A stretch of DNA of 63,247 nt, the filler included, from Rhabdomonas costata (taxonomy: Eukaryota): NCBI GenBank assembly GCA_019059605.1. It is 27 parts of 27 records of this genome, joined end to end, with 100 filler letters (N's around TTAATTAATTAA, not from the genome) between each part and the next. Parts side by side here need not be neighbours in the genome. Positions count along the whole stretch, not along the records: positions 1 to 2,247 come from JAHMHO010004546.1; positions 2,348 to 4,597 come from JAHMHO010004547.1; positions 4,698 to 6,946 come from JAHMHO010004548.1; positions 7,047 to 9,294 come from JAHMHO010004549.1; positions 9,395 to 11,643 come from JAHMHO010004550.1; positions 11,744 to 13,988 come from JAHMHO010004551.1; 21 more parts are not named here. One strand, given 5' to 3'. The first letter of the stretch is position 1; each line of letters opens with the position of its first letter. Positions 1 to 12,237 of the stretch are shown piece after piece. The notes under the pieces are model-generated. The model did not search any database. It was given only the letters and a program-made list of their open reading frames with translations, and was not told the origin of the DNA. A program made the position numbers and the translations under genes.

Positions 1-1926
1 AAAGGTTCACTGCTGAACGTGTGCCAGCCATTTTTTCCCGTCGGGAGGGTGCGGGTGCTGTTGGCAAGCTGCCGGGGTGTTGGCAACCATTTCGCCTCCC
101 GATTTTAACGAAGAAGCAGCTGAGTTCTTTCGCGGCCCCACGAGCGCACCCGTCATGGCCTTCATGGCTTTCAGCCCGGTGAACTTACTGACAATTTAAT
201 GTCCATTTTAAGCCCCTTTTCATTTCAGTTTTATCACATTAATTGGAGGCGACATTCGAATAGATCTACTGCAATTCAAATTTTAGTGTTGCCTACGGCG
301 TCGCTTCGCTCCGTGCTGGCCACCAAACTGATGTGAATTTGTACCATCATTCATCTCCTTACACAAGCCACAACTGTGGCGGCAATTCTCACCCACCGCA
401 AGGGGTCAAAAATGGAAGAAAAAGACGTGTAGAAGTCCAAAAAGCAGCCAAAACTAAAGGGCTGAAAATGGCTTTTAAAAAGCCCCTTAGAGGTGCACTA
501 ACGAGGCCTGTCTTGGGCATATGTAATATCAGCCTGAAGTACCATCATTGCACACACTGAGGACCTCGGTCTGAGAGCTTGAGCGCTGGCTGTGTGACTC
601 TGAAAACGCCTTAACATGGCACTTTCACCCAAAGCTTGCTCCAAAACGCAATCACTAGTCTATTGTACTTTTAGCTGGCTTGGCTGGTTAGTTTTACGAG
701 GAAGTCAAAAAATTGCTAGGAGTCCTCATTGTTCTCGTCCTCGCTGGGCTTTTTCAGGGTCTGTTTTCAATTGACCTTTTTGGATGTTTTTTAACCCTAT
801 TCGCGACGTTTCCATGTTTCAATTTTTTTTTTTCGAAATGTAAAGGGCCACATGAAGTTGCCCAGACAACGAAAGTCAACAAATAGTACAAGGAGGAACG
901 AACAGGTGGGAAGGGGAAACAAAACGGTTTGTTTTGATTTGTGCAGGGCAGCAGGGCAGATGAGGGCACTGAGCTGAGTGCGTGTCAGTGGCGCTGCGGG
1001 TTCAAAGAGAGTGCGGGCAGAAAACGCGTGCGGAGCGAGAGGATCAAAGAAAGCAGCATCGAAGGCGGAGCACCCTGGGGCGGGGTGGAGGGCAAGGAAG
1101 ATGTCACTACGGGTCGCCGACGCCCCTGCCCACTTCCATCGGCCGCCTGCCAAGGTACAGGGGATGGGCTACTGAAACCATGCTGGGCCTGGCTCCATCC
1201 AACAGAATGCCAGCCTGCAACAAAGTCACGCGGTGTGCTGTTTCGGTGCGTGCAAAATCGTGCATCTCGAGAACGCTCCCGCGTTCCGTCGGATGAGATA
1301 GCAGCACGCTCGAATATGGTCAATGTCGAGTTGATTCTTGGCACAGAAATAGATCTCTTTCGCTTGAGTGCCTGCCTGTCTGGAGGGTCTGGAGGGAGGT
1401 GCCAATAGCGGGGCATGTGGGTTCCCAGCTAGCACTTTTTCGTGTCCTCAAAGAATTTCCAAGTTTCAAAATAATTTCAGCACATGCGCACGTTCAAACC
1501 GATATTACAAGATCTCAATCCCCCCAACAAAATTCTAAGCAAAGGCCAGCCTACAAACTGAACATGGTGACTTCCCCAATTGTGTTCGATGCTCATGTTT
1601 AGAGCCAAAATCAAACATTGCAATTGCGTGGTGAGCTCGTGACGAACCGCGAATGAGATACAATTTTCATTCACGGCATCTGCATTGTTAGGATAACCAC
1701 GAAAACGTCACTGTGTCTTTCCATTGGTCGCTCACATTTATCAACCGAATTTTCTTTGAGTTGTGCCGAAAAAAATCCCCATTCTGAGAGGAAGATTTTC
1801 AACCGGTGTTCGAGGCTGATTGTTACAGAGGATAGAATGAGCTCAGCGACGAAAGCAGATCTCATCCCCGTCCGGGTACAGAAACGCAGGCCTGGTAAAC
1901 GGCAACTTCCGCCGGCTTAAGGGTTA

Positions 1927-1980
1927 AGGGTTAAGAGATAGGGACATGGTTCCCCCTGCCATGTCCTATCCCTTAACCCT
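1927..1980. repeat. Imperfect ~22-bp inverted repeat (hairpin) preceded by TTAAGGG repeats
   Basis: AGGGTTAAGAGATAGGGACATGG (1927-1949) pairs with CCATGTCCTATCCCTTAACCCT (1959-1980); TTAAGGG occurs twice at 1917-1930. Confidence 0.8.
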
Positions 1981-2247
1981 GGAGAGGTAGGTTCGGACTG
2001 CTGCCCCGGGTCACCGCGCGAGCAGGAGTTTTTCTTTTTGGCCGCGCGTGATGCGCGACTAGCACAGTGATCGTGTTCCCCCCCTTCCTTGTACGGTTGC
2101 TTGCACAACAGAAACCGAACCTTATATCTGCGTCGCAGGTTGGCGACCTGTTGTGCTTTGTTTTTGCTTTCAATTTCGTGAGTTGGCTATCCTTCTCACC
2201 TCCTCGCTGCAACCCCGAAAGTGTGTATGTGTCGCCTCCCCACACAA

Positions 2248-2347
2248 NNNNNNNNNNNNNNNNNNNNNNNNNNNNNNNNNNNNNNNNNNNNTTAATTAAT
2301 TAANNNNNNNNNNNNNNNNNNNNNNNNNNNNNNNNNNNNNNNNNNNN
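2248..2347. other. Artificial contig-joining spacer (N44-TTAATTAATTAA-N44); first of 26 identical spacers that split the window into 27 contigs
   Basis: The same N-flanked 12-mer, with stops in all six frames, recurs about every 2.35 kb (12-mer starts at about 2292, 4642, 6991, 9339, 11688, 14033, 16381 ... 58603, 60948). Confidence 0.99.
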
Positions 2348-3633
2348 GAATAAGCCCTGCGCAGAACCGGAAAGGAGAAAGGGAAGAGCGAAGGAGGGAA
2401 GCAGGGTGGCCTGAGAAATGGTATTGTGAGGTTGCGCCAACCCACAATGTCTCAAAACGCATATGAACTAGGGATACCCCCACCCCGGACACGATACTAA
2501 CTTCATGTTATGGCAAACAAGGGACGGTCTACGATGCTACGATGCAGCTCTTGCCAAATGCTTTGGCATAATTTCTAGGCAGCCGTTCACGTAACTACCG
2601 GTATAAAGGGAACCTGAGGAGCCAACAGCCAAACACGAACATGAAGGGGAAACCAGAGCGGTACCATTGCCAATAAAAAGAGGCGGGGGGGGGGGGGGCG
2701 ATCCCGCCGATGTTGACCCCCCAAAAGTGAAAGACCAGGACAGACATACCACCATCATAATTACGATCAAAATTGATCACACAGAGGCAGGCGGGTTGAG
2801 TACTTGGTATAAAATGACCCAAAACAGTCAACATCGGCAAAACTCGGGCAACGACGGCACCTTTTTGAAATCGATTTGTCAATGGTTAACTTAAATGGCG
2901 ACTGAAGCGAGCCGTGTGAAACGGCGTCATCGTGGGTTTCACGTGCTGCGCGGCTCATCCCTCAAGTAAAACTCAACGCGAGACAATAGGCAGCGCACTG
3001 GGGGAGAGGAAACAACTTCTACGCACAAGCGCAGAAGCACTAGTCGGCTGATAAACCAAAAGCGGTATGCGGAAAAACAATAACAACAATAAAGGAAAGC
3101 TTATTGAAGAGAAAGCAGGGCAAATGAAAGCTATACATAGAGAGCGGTAAAACATTGGGGAGGGTGCCCGAAAACAGGGACGGGGCCAACCCAAGAAGAG
3201 CAGAGGGGAAGCAGGAGATATAACGGGCACGAGCATTTCTCCTCAAAGGGCCACTCCTGCACCCCTTCTTCTGCGCGTTTCAAACAGCAAGACTGGGTCT
3301 AAACCCACCCATCTACCCACACGACCCATTGCCACTTCACCGCCATGTGGCTGTGATCTACTTACATGAGCACACATCGAACAACAACCCACCTTTGCGG
3401 GCGGACAAGGCACCAAAACAGATCAGAGCTGAACAGAACTGAAGGCCGGTGAAAAGAAGGAGAGCCCGCACACACCACCACTGTAACAGAGGAGTTCAGT
3501 GATTGCGTGCAAGGATCAGAGAAAGGAATGCAATGAGCATGATCAACGGTCTGACGATAAGGCAGCCGCAAACCACCGCCATGCATTCAGGCAGGCAGGC
3601 AGGACCAAAATCCAGAGCTCAAAGAAAAGCATC

Positions 3634-3853
3634 CTAACATCGTACCACTCTAAAAGCGGGGTTGACCAGCCATGAGCTACACATTAACTTCCACAGGCGG
3701 TGCAGGTGGTTCACCTCGCCCATAAAAGGTTCCCGCAGCTCGTCTGGTCTGCACTGCGCAATGTGCTCGCCAAAGGCAGGAAGGTTAGCCGACACCACGC
3801 CCACCTCTCCGGAGACCCCAGAAAAGTATGGAAGCGCCAACAGCTCGGCAGCG
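3634..3853 (-). CDS. Possible C-terminal exon(s) of a protein kinase
   Basis: SAAELLALPYFSG follows a CAG acceptor and resembles the kinase subdomain XI tail (R-x-S/T-A-x-E-x-L-x-H-P-Y/W-F). No catalytic motifs are present in the contig. Confidence 0.25.
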
Positions 3854-6319
3854 CTGGAGGGAAAAAAGCCGATCAATAAAATGGGAAACAGGCGGAGTGT
3901 TTCTACAGTGGGGGAGCGAATACAACAAGAAACGCAAATAGAAAATGCACGACCTAGAAAGGATGCATGCGCACACTGCTGCAAAGTGAGAGTTCATAAA
4001 AGTGAACAGGTGACAGGCTGACAGCTGACAGGTGGCGACAACGGTATGCAGGATCGTCGCTATTGCGACAGTGTGTGTGTGTGTGTGCGCGTGACATGCC
4101 ATTTTAAAATTCAAAAAGTGTATTTAACACTTTTAATGGGAAACCCTGTAAAAGGGGTAAAGGAAGAGAGGGAAAGGAGGAAAAAGTGGGAGAAAGTTGA
4201 AGGGAAAGAAAACCGAAGGGGGCGAAGCAAAAGCAGAGGGAGCTGCCTGTCCTACAAGTCTCCTAATGCGCTTCACTCCTCTGACTGTTGTGAAAACCAC
4301 AGTGAGAGGATTCTAATTCCAACAGATTTGTCCCGTTTATTGTCAGGTTGCAGCAGGTGACAGCAGTGGGACCCTCTCATTGCTTTTGCATGACGATGGC
4401 GGGCGATTATGTTTCGGGGCAGCATCCCACAAAAATGAATATTCTGGTTTGCTTGCGGAAACCTCCGTTTTTTACCCACCAAGACAGGAACTGCACAGCC
4501 CCACAGGATGCAATGGGCGGGAAAGCGCCGTTCAAAGTCTCTAAAAGTGGTGGGCGGGGCGGAAGAGCTTTTGGTACGTGTCAACAAAAACACAAACNNN
4601 NNNNNNNNNNNNNNNNNNNNNNNNNNNNNNNNNNNNNNNNNTTAATTAATTAANNNNNNNNNNNNNNNNNNNNNNNNNNNNNNNNNNNNNNNNNNNNTGT
4701 GTGGTGTGTTCGGTTCACACTGAGGCCCAGGTTGAGCAGAGGCATGGAAGCTGGGTGATGCTGCTGGTGTGGATCTCAAACTCTGACTGGACTGCAGCCT
4801 CTGAGAGGATTCCTCGAAAAGTACTGCTGCATCCAGCGTCGCTGCTTGTCCTTGTGCGCAGCGGAGGAGGTATTGTGAATCTTCCTCCGCTCCTCTTTGT
4901 CCCAACTGAGAAATATCCTCGCTCGGGTCCTGGGCGAAGAGACTTTGTGGGGATCGTACTCGTGTAGTAGTTCTTCACTCAGGTACGCGGTGCTGTGCTC
5001 CCGTGTGTGGAGGCGCTGTATCTACTGCCGTTGAGCGTCCCAAGAGTGCTCTCTTCGCCACTGCTCTGGCTGGAGGTGCCTTGGGTGCCCTACGGAACCA
5101 GTGACATGGATGCACGCTGAAGAGGGGATCGACTGGGGGCTCGATATGGCACCACAGCGAGCTGCTGCGCGCCGGAGGGACTGCACGGTTGACTGGAGTA
5201 TACAGTAACAAGGTTTGGCAGGACTGACCACACGTTCGCAGCGTAATTGCCCAGCGGTACTAGCTCCGGAACTTTGGTTATCTGCAGTGGTGTGTCACCA
5301 CCTGGTCCATCATACTCAGGTTACGCCGCTTCCTCGCCATTGCTGCGTGTCTTTCGACGTCCCAGAACAGTGCTCAGCGGTGGTCCGTGCCTTCATGTCA
5401 CCCGTGGATTTGTTGGACTTCTGCGCATCCGGCTGGACCAGACGACCCAGTTCCTCTGCTGTACACGGCTCGGTTGGGGCATCGCTGCCGCTGTCGTTCT
5501 TCACTCATCTGCCTGAAGTGCCCTGGGTATCCGGAACTGGAGAATGAAGAGGATGAGGAGGAGGAGGTGGTCGCCGTTCTTGAAGATGAGCTTCGAGTCT
5601 GACGCCTGAAGGCGGACCTTTCGGTGTGAGCAATTTTGTGTCCGTCCATGTCTGTTGCAGCAACTCTCTTCATGCGTCCCATCTCTCTGATATCCAGAAC
5701 CTAGTCATCGACTCCCACAAGTTATTCCGCTTGGGACTCCTCAGAGATTGGACCTTCGATGGCCACAGTGTCCGCATGGTACTCGGGGATGGCAGGGGCA
5801 GGCTGGGGCGTGTGTTCTTGGTTGCGCACTTCTGCTCGCTCAGCACACAAAACCTACTCTACGTCAACATCTGCGGTGATTATTATTTGGCTGCAGAGTT
5901 ATTTCTTGAGCTGGAAAACTGCTCCTGTGGTGCGGGAGACGCATGAAGTTACTCTGCAATACCGCTCATCGATTGCCACGAAGGTTTCGTGGTCGCGGTC
6001 CATGTGAGAGGACTCACATACAGTGGCAGGTGCTGCTGGAACTACCGCCATTTCTGCCGGATGCGACTGCAGAGGGCCATGATTCTGCGACCAAACATCG
6101 AGGTGGCGCTGAAACAGGAGAACCTGATGGTGCTGTTGGTGTTGGTGCTCCAGTGGCTTGGGAATACGGTTTGGTTCACACACAGCCTCAAGGAGAAGAG
6201 TGTGGTTGCTGGGTGGAGCGTGTGGCGAGGAGCTGCTTTCCGCTTCCGGGTTGGTGTGGTGTCAAACGATGGGGTCTTACCGGACGGATATCCTGTGGCA
6301 GTCTCTGTGCTCTGGTCTT

Positions 6320-6934
6320 CAGAAGCCGTCTTCTCTCTGTTATGCGAGACTCGGAGACTCAGCTGGTGCTGCCGAGAACGGAACGGAGGCTTTACTAGCT
6401 CGAATCACAAAAACGCTGAGGAATCCGCTGTCCACATCCGAGCCTATAGCCCGTGCTGGCCGCTCCGTGTCGGGTCGGCCTTTTCCTTGAGACTGCTGGA
6501 GTCACTTCCATGATCGAAGTTCCTTGATTCGAATGTCTGTTGAGTGCCACCGGTAGAGTAGGAAGATTCTACAGACCGACTGAACGAGTCTCCAAGGATA
6601 TACTCTCCAGAGAGCGTTGAGGAAAACTGTGGACGCAGAGTCTTTGAAATATTTCATGTGCTAACACCTTGCGTGGCAGCGCACCAACCAAATCGTCAAC
6701 ACGCCCACGAGATGCTGAGGAGGGACCACAGTACCGAGTTCCTGGTCCAGAATGATATGGTCCTCACAGTCGTAGACGGTGATGTGGACTTCTTTTGTCC
6801 CGTACGATTTGGTGTCGACGTACACTTTGACACCCAGGTACACCACCGAGTCCCCTTCTCCGGTGACCTTGTAGTTCATGCCGTAATATTACGGAGCTAA
6901 ACGAGGCACACCTGCCGTGTACAGGTCGTCGATG
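6320..6934 (-). mobile_element. Degenerate Penelope-like (PLE-type) reverse transcriptase, C-terminal half (motif C to thumb), with in-frame stops
   Basis: One frame reads IDDLYTAG...YGMNYKVT...VVYLGVKVYV...HITVYDCE...GVLTIWLVRC...FLNALWRVYPWRL. This matches the PLE RT pattern YxDD / FLD-like motif E / T-x-V-Y-D-K / L-x-x-RGYP, interrupted by TAA, TAG and TGA. Confidence 0.7.
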
Positions 6935-7068
6935 ACCCCAAACCCCNNNNNNNNNNNNNNNNNNNNNNNNNNNNNNNNNNNNNNNNNNNNTTAATTAATT
7001 AANNNNNNNNNNNNNNNNNNNNNNNNNNNNNNNNNNNNNNNNNNNNGCGTGTGGATGTGGTATTTCAG

Positions 7069-7698
7069 CAGGAGGCCGCCAACAATGCCAGCCTTGGCGC
7101 TGCTTGGGCAGAACAGAACAAGCAAACACAGCTGCGGGTGGCGGAGGCGGAGCGTAAGGAGGCCGAGATCAGAGAGAGGATAGCGGAGGCGGAAAGGAAG
7201 GAGCGCGACGCCAACGTCCGAGTCGTGGAGGCCGACCGGAAGGTGCAGGAGGCCACCCGTCGTGTCTCCGAAGCTGAACAGAAGGAGGCCGAAGCGGAGC
7301 GAAAGCTGCTGCGGCTATCTGAGCTGGAGCTTCAGGCCCGGCTTGGCCCCTCACCCTCCACGAGTCCTGCAGCCTCGGCCCCTGCGCCCTCTTCAGGCCA
7401 GTTCACTGCAACGGATGGAAGCGCTCCCACCTCTACGTCTCCGACCAGCAACGCCCGGGCTGTTAACCCTGCAGCCACCCTTGCGGTCTTTGTGGCGTTG
7501 TGCGGACTGGTGGGGACGATCCTCGTGCTGTTCACGAGGCTGCAGGACGAGCAGGATAGGGCCATGGAGCTCAACCGGAAGCTCACCCAGGCGGAGCGGA
7601 ACCTCGGCGAGGCCACGCGAGAGCTCGAAGACCGCAGGAGCTCGGTGGTCAAGTTCTGCCTGGCTCTGCTGTTCAACCTGGTGACGTACTTCAAATAA
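7069..7698 (+). CDS. Terminal exon of a coiled-coil protein with transmembrane segment(s)
   Basis: TTTCAG acceptor at 7068 and an open frame to TAA. It contains EAERKE-type heptad repeats, an S/P/T linker, the hydrophobic segment LAVFVALCGLVGTILVLF, a second coiled coil and a hydrophobic tail; GC-rich codon usage. Confidence 0.75.
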   Translation, partial: QEAANNASLGAAWAEQNKQTQLRVAEAERKEAEIRERIAEAERKERDANVRVVEADRKVQEATRRVSEAEQKEAEAERKLLRLSELELQARLGPSPSTSPAASAPAPSSGQFTATDGSAPTSTSPTSNARAVNPAATLAVFVALCGLVGTILVLFTRLQDEQDRAMELNRKLTQAERNLGEATRELEDRRSSVVKFCLALLFNLVTYFK

Positions 7699-10087
7699 GA
7701 GAGCCGTTGCTGAAATGGGGTGTGGTGGCTGCCCTTTTTCCATTGAAATACTCTCCGAAGGACCGCATTCTCTGTCACACGCTCACACTTTAAGTTGTTC
7801 CGTTCAGTCAGACTTTGTACTGGCTGCAAGGGGAAAATATGGGTGGTGTCTTCTTCTCACACCAAAGGAAACACAATGCGGTGCACAAAGGATGAACCGG
7901 GTGTCCCGGTTTTTCTATGTCCTTTCGCACGCCCTGATCCCCGCCCACTTTTTTCTTTGCTGAGAGTTTTGGGTTGTTTGTTGCCCCCACAAGGTGTACT
8001 TTTATCAAAAGCATGTATGAGGGAAGAGAAAAAGAGACTGCAACGTTTTTTTAACGAGACCCGCAAAATTTTTGCCGGCTTTCTCCCTTGGATTACAGCC
8101 TTGCGTTGGCCTCTAAACGTCGAGATCACACTTTTGGTGTACTTCGGCTTCGCACGCGTGAACCCTCTCTCGCCTTCTGAAACCTGTTTGACGAGTGGAA
8201 CGTGGTGCCCCGGTCTATCAGCAGCATGCTGACGAGTGTTGGGGAATGTCCAGCATGGTAAGAGAGCAAAGATGTTGACTAAAGCGAAAAACCGCGGTTT
8301 TAGCTGATGGATTTCAATGGCAGCCTTTGCTCCTTCCCAATGAAAACCTTTGGATATTTCCCCCGGCGGGATGTTTCCATCAATTATCGTGACACGGCAT
8401 CACTGAAAGCCTGGATTGCCGCGATGTTGTGCAAAAATGTCCCCCTCTTCCCTCGAAAGCTTAGGTAATATTGGAATAATAACTTCAGACCTGGTGATTA
8501 TTCTCTACAGCACTTCCCTTGTGACAATTCGTAATCTTTCCTTCTTTCGGTGCCCCCGACCATTCACTGCTGGCTTAGCCCCCTGCCCTGTTGGGTGTAC
8601 TTTTGATTTTCTTTGACACCCATTCAGTTGACCCTTTCAACTTGGCTACACAGCTTCTGTGTCTTTATCGTACCAGCGCTTGGGTAAGGTATCAATGGTG
8701 GACCGCGAGCCCACAAATTAGCCACCTCGAAAGACTCGCTGTCCCTTTGTTCTTTGACTTGCTGCAGAGATTGCGTGCCGTTAGGTACGCCTTCTTTTCC
8801 GCATTTTCGGGATTTTTGTTCGCGTCGACAGTAAATCGTGTGAACTTCAGCTTTCTTTCACGAAACGACGAAATGCTTCCCTTTTGGAGAGGGCTTGTGA
8901 TGGTTCGAGCTGGGCAGGCGCTGTGGGTCCCTTTGGCACGTCTCCGCCCGTGCGGGCGCGAGATTCCGCTGCACCTCTCGGGTGCCCCGCCCCAGCGGTG
9001 GAGCCTGCGGTGCATTAGCGTCACGAGCGCGTCATCCCGGGATGTGCGGAAAGGCGTGTGCTCGTGTGTTTCAGAGTTTCAGAGTTTATTGTTCCACGGC
9101 GTAATGCTCGGATGAGGGGTAGCGGAGGGACGGAAGAGAGAAGGCAAATTTACCTGCAGATGGTGAAGATCCTGCCGAAGTCCGATACACAAACCTCGGG
9201 ATGAAATACAGCAGAGCAAAGTCTTAAGGCGGAAGGACACCATCGATTGGACAGTAGGGTGGTGTGGCAGGCATTGCTTTGAGGAAACCCCAACNNNNNN
9301 NNNNNNNNNNNNNNNNNNNNNNNNNNNNNNNNNNNNNNTTAATTAATTAANNNNNNNNNNNNNNNNNNNNNNNNNNNNNNNNNNNNNNNNNNNNCCGAGA
9401 AGGGTTGGACAAGACATTCCAGGAACTTTTTCGGGACGGGGAGTCGGGGACTGGGCCATATTCCGCAGTCCTTCCTGTTTATCGGTTCCGGTTTATCGGT
9501 ATCCTATCCAGCTCGCACCGGGATGCATTGATAATGCTCAGAACCCCTTGCTTGTTTGTGCTTATGTTCACCATGGTTCGTCCAATGCTCAGATCTGAAA
9601 TTAAAATGAGGAGGCCTGTTGCAAAAGGCTTGTAGTTGTTGGCGATAAACACAATGAAGGCAATACGATGTATTAGTATAAAAAGGCCAGAGAGAGAGAG
9701 TTAACGTCCCCCGTCCCGCTGAGGTTGCGGGTAGTAGGATGCAAAACCGGAAGCTTTCGGTGATCCAGCTGCGAGTGGGATGGGCCGTGCCCTACCCCCA
9801 GATTCGCCAGGAGGACCATCACAGCTGCCCGCCTCACAACGTCCGCGAGCCGAAGAGGTGACCTCTCTCCCCCTTAATGGAGAGAGGATCCGGCTGTAGC
9901 GGGATCCCGACCTCTCGTGCCACCACTGTTGAGCATTTCCACATTCCTGAGCGAGGGTGAGGAAATCGAATGGAGGGAAGATAATAAATGGGGGAACATC
10001 CAGCCCCTTAGCATCTCGGTTGTTCGTTTGCGCGTGTGTGCGGTGCGAAGGGGCAGTAGTTTTTGTAAGTTTTTGCTTTGGTTCCAG

Positions 10088-10462
10088 GGCTCCCCTGCGA
10101 CCGCGCTGGATCCGCCCCCGCGGATCGCTGACGAGGGGACTCGCAGCGGCTGTGCAGCGTCTCCAGGGATTTCGGGGTGCTCCACGCCTCCGCGGCGGAG
10201 TGCCCGAAGGGCCGCGGCCCTTGCGCGGGCTCATTTCAGCGGAGGCGGCGAGAGTCATCGGGAGGAGGCCCATGCTGTTTCTGCGGCTGCACCAGCAGAG
10301 GGCATTTCTGCACCAGCTGGTGGTGGTGGTGGTGGTGGTGGTGCCTTAGACCCAAGTCCGGGCTCTGCCATGGCTTCCTGTGCCCTCGCTGCCTCCCAAG
10401 GGCAGCCTTGCCGCTATCACTTCAACGCGGTGTTGCAGCTCCACCTGCAACTTCTCAGTCAG
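10088..10462 (+). CDS. Internal exon of a hypothetical low-complexity protein (poly-Gly)
   Basis: TTCCAG acceptor and CAG|GT donor bound a 375-nt open phase 0-0 exon; GC-rich. Confidence 0.45.
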
Positions 10463-12237
10463 GTCCGTTCGAAGCGGAGAAGAAATGACTGGCGGTCTGC
10501 CGAATCAGTTTGAATCGAATTGGGGACAGTTGTGGTATTTTGATGCGCTCCGTTTCTGTGAGCAATATCCAGAATAAAGCCTCGTTATGGCGTTATGGCA
10601 ATGGAGGTTACCCCTCACCTCACCCCACACAAAGAAAATTTCCGAACGTGTCACTGTAATTTTCGCGGTACAAAAAAAGGTGTCTCTTGTTTTTGTATAC
10701 AAAACTTGCCTGCGTTCCCGATATATTCAGGTAGGGTCGCTATGCACTCAGATGCAGTCACTCTCTCCTCTGTCGTAGGGGTTTTCGGTCGATATCTCTG
10801 AGCTGGAGGCGTTGATGGTTCTGTTCCAAGGCGATCTTCGGAAGGTACAGACGCACTTGGAGCGGGGCTCAGCGACTCCCAAAGGAAAATTGAGGGGGGG
10901 GGGTCAACCTGCTTGCTTGTGGCCCCCGTCACATTGCGTGTTTTTTAAGGGGTTCACGCAGGTTATTGCACCATAACCGGTGAGAAGCCTGCCTCTTCGG
11001 ACGTTTTTCTCGCAGTGGGGTGGGGTGTATCCCAACGCCCGAAATTACCAAAGATTGTCCGGCGTGAAAAGTTTAACGCTTGCACGCGCGTCACAAACAA
11101 CAAAGGGATAATACATTTTGCTCCAGATGTGCCCCACTTGCAAGCGCTGGCGAAACAAAACCTCAGCCTGCTGCGAGGAAGGGGGTGGTGTGGTGCTGAT
11201 GACAGCATGCCAGAAAAGGAATTCATATTGTACAGATGTGTGCGTCAAGTCTCTGTGGTTTTGTGGGTGTGGGTTTGGATTTGGGTGCTGCGAAAGGTTG
11301 AGTGCTAGAACTTCCCAGTTTGGGTGTCAACGTGAGCTGGGGCCGCCGGGGACGACGTGTGTGCGGATTTTGCGATGCCAAATTCCTGAGGATATCTGCG
11401 CACGGCTCTTCCACACAGACATTCACACTCCCTCCCTCACCGAAAGGCTTGACAGGGGTGTTGTTCTGGTGGACGTTTCAGCTTCCTGCAATAGATGGCT
11501 GTGGCCCTCTTCTGAAAAGCACGCCCTTCATCCAAGTTTGGTTTTGCGCCTGCTTTACTTCGCGCTCCCACAGCTTCTACTGGCCCTTCAGCTCTGGCTG
11601 CAGCATAGTACCGTGCCCTGCGGGACTGAGAATACCAACCAACNNNNNNNNNNNNNNNNNNNNNNNNNNNNNNNNNNNNNNNNNNNNTTAATTAATTAAN
11701 NNNNNNNNNNNNNNNNNNNNNNNNNNNNNNNNNNNNNNNNNNNTTGTTGTTTGCTTTGGGGGTTTGGCGGTTGTCCGGCTTTGGGGGTTTGGTGGTTGAC
11801 TGAAGGAGACAGGACACCCTCCCCCATGGCAGTTCAAACGGCTGTGCTCACGAGAAAATGCAGGTGGTATCGGGCACAGTGCTGACCACAGCAATCAAGA
11901 AATCGTCCGTAAGCTTCAAAAATACGATTACTCCACTTGATCTGGCGTCCTGTGCGGTCACTTACAGCCATTCGAGTTGCCCCGTGCTGTGGTGATTCTG
12001 AACCAGGGTTTCGGGTACAACCAGTGCGGATAGGCCAATGCACTATCGCGGCGGAAGCAACTGCTGTTAACTCGAGAACCAATAACCACGCCCTGCATAT
12101 CCCCCGCTGCCCGAACGCAGGGCAGAAAACCCTCAGTCATTGGTTATTCATCGCTGAGCAACAAAGGGGGGCAGGGTCTTTGGAGGGAGGCAGGATCACA
12201 AAACCATCACACGAGCCACGCGGTGTTCGGGAGTCAC

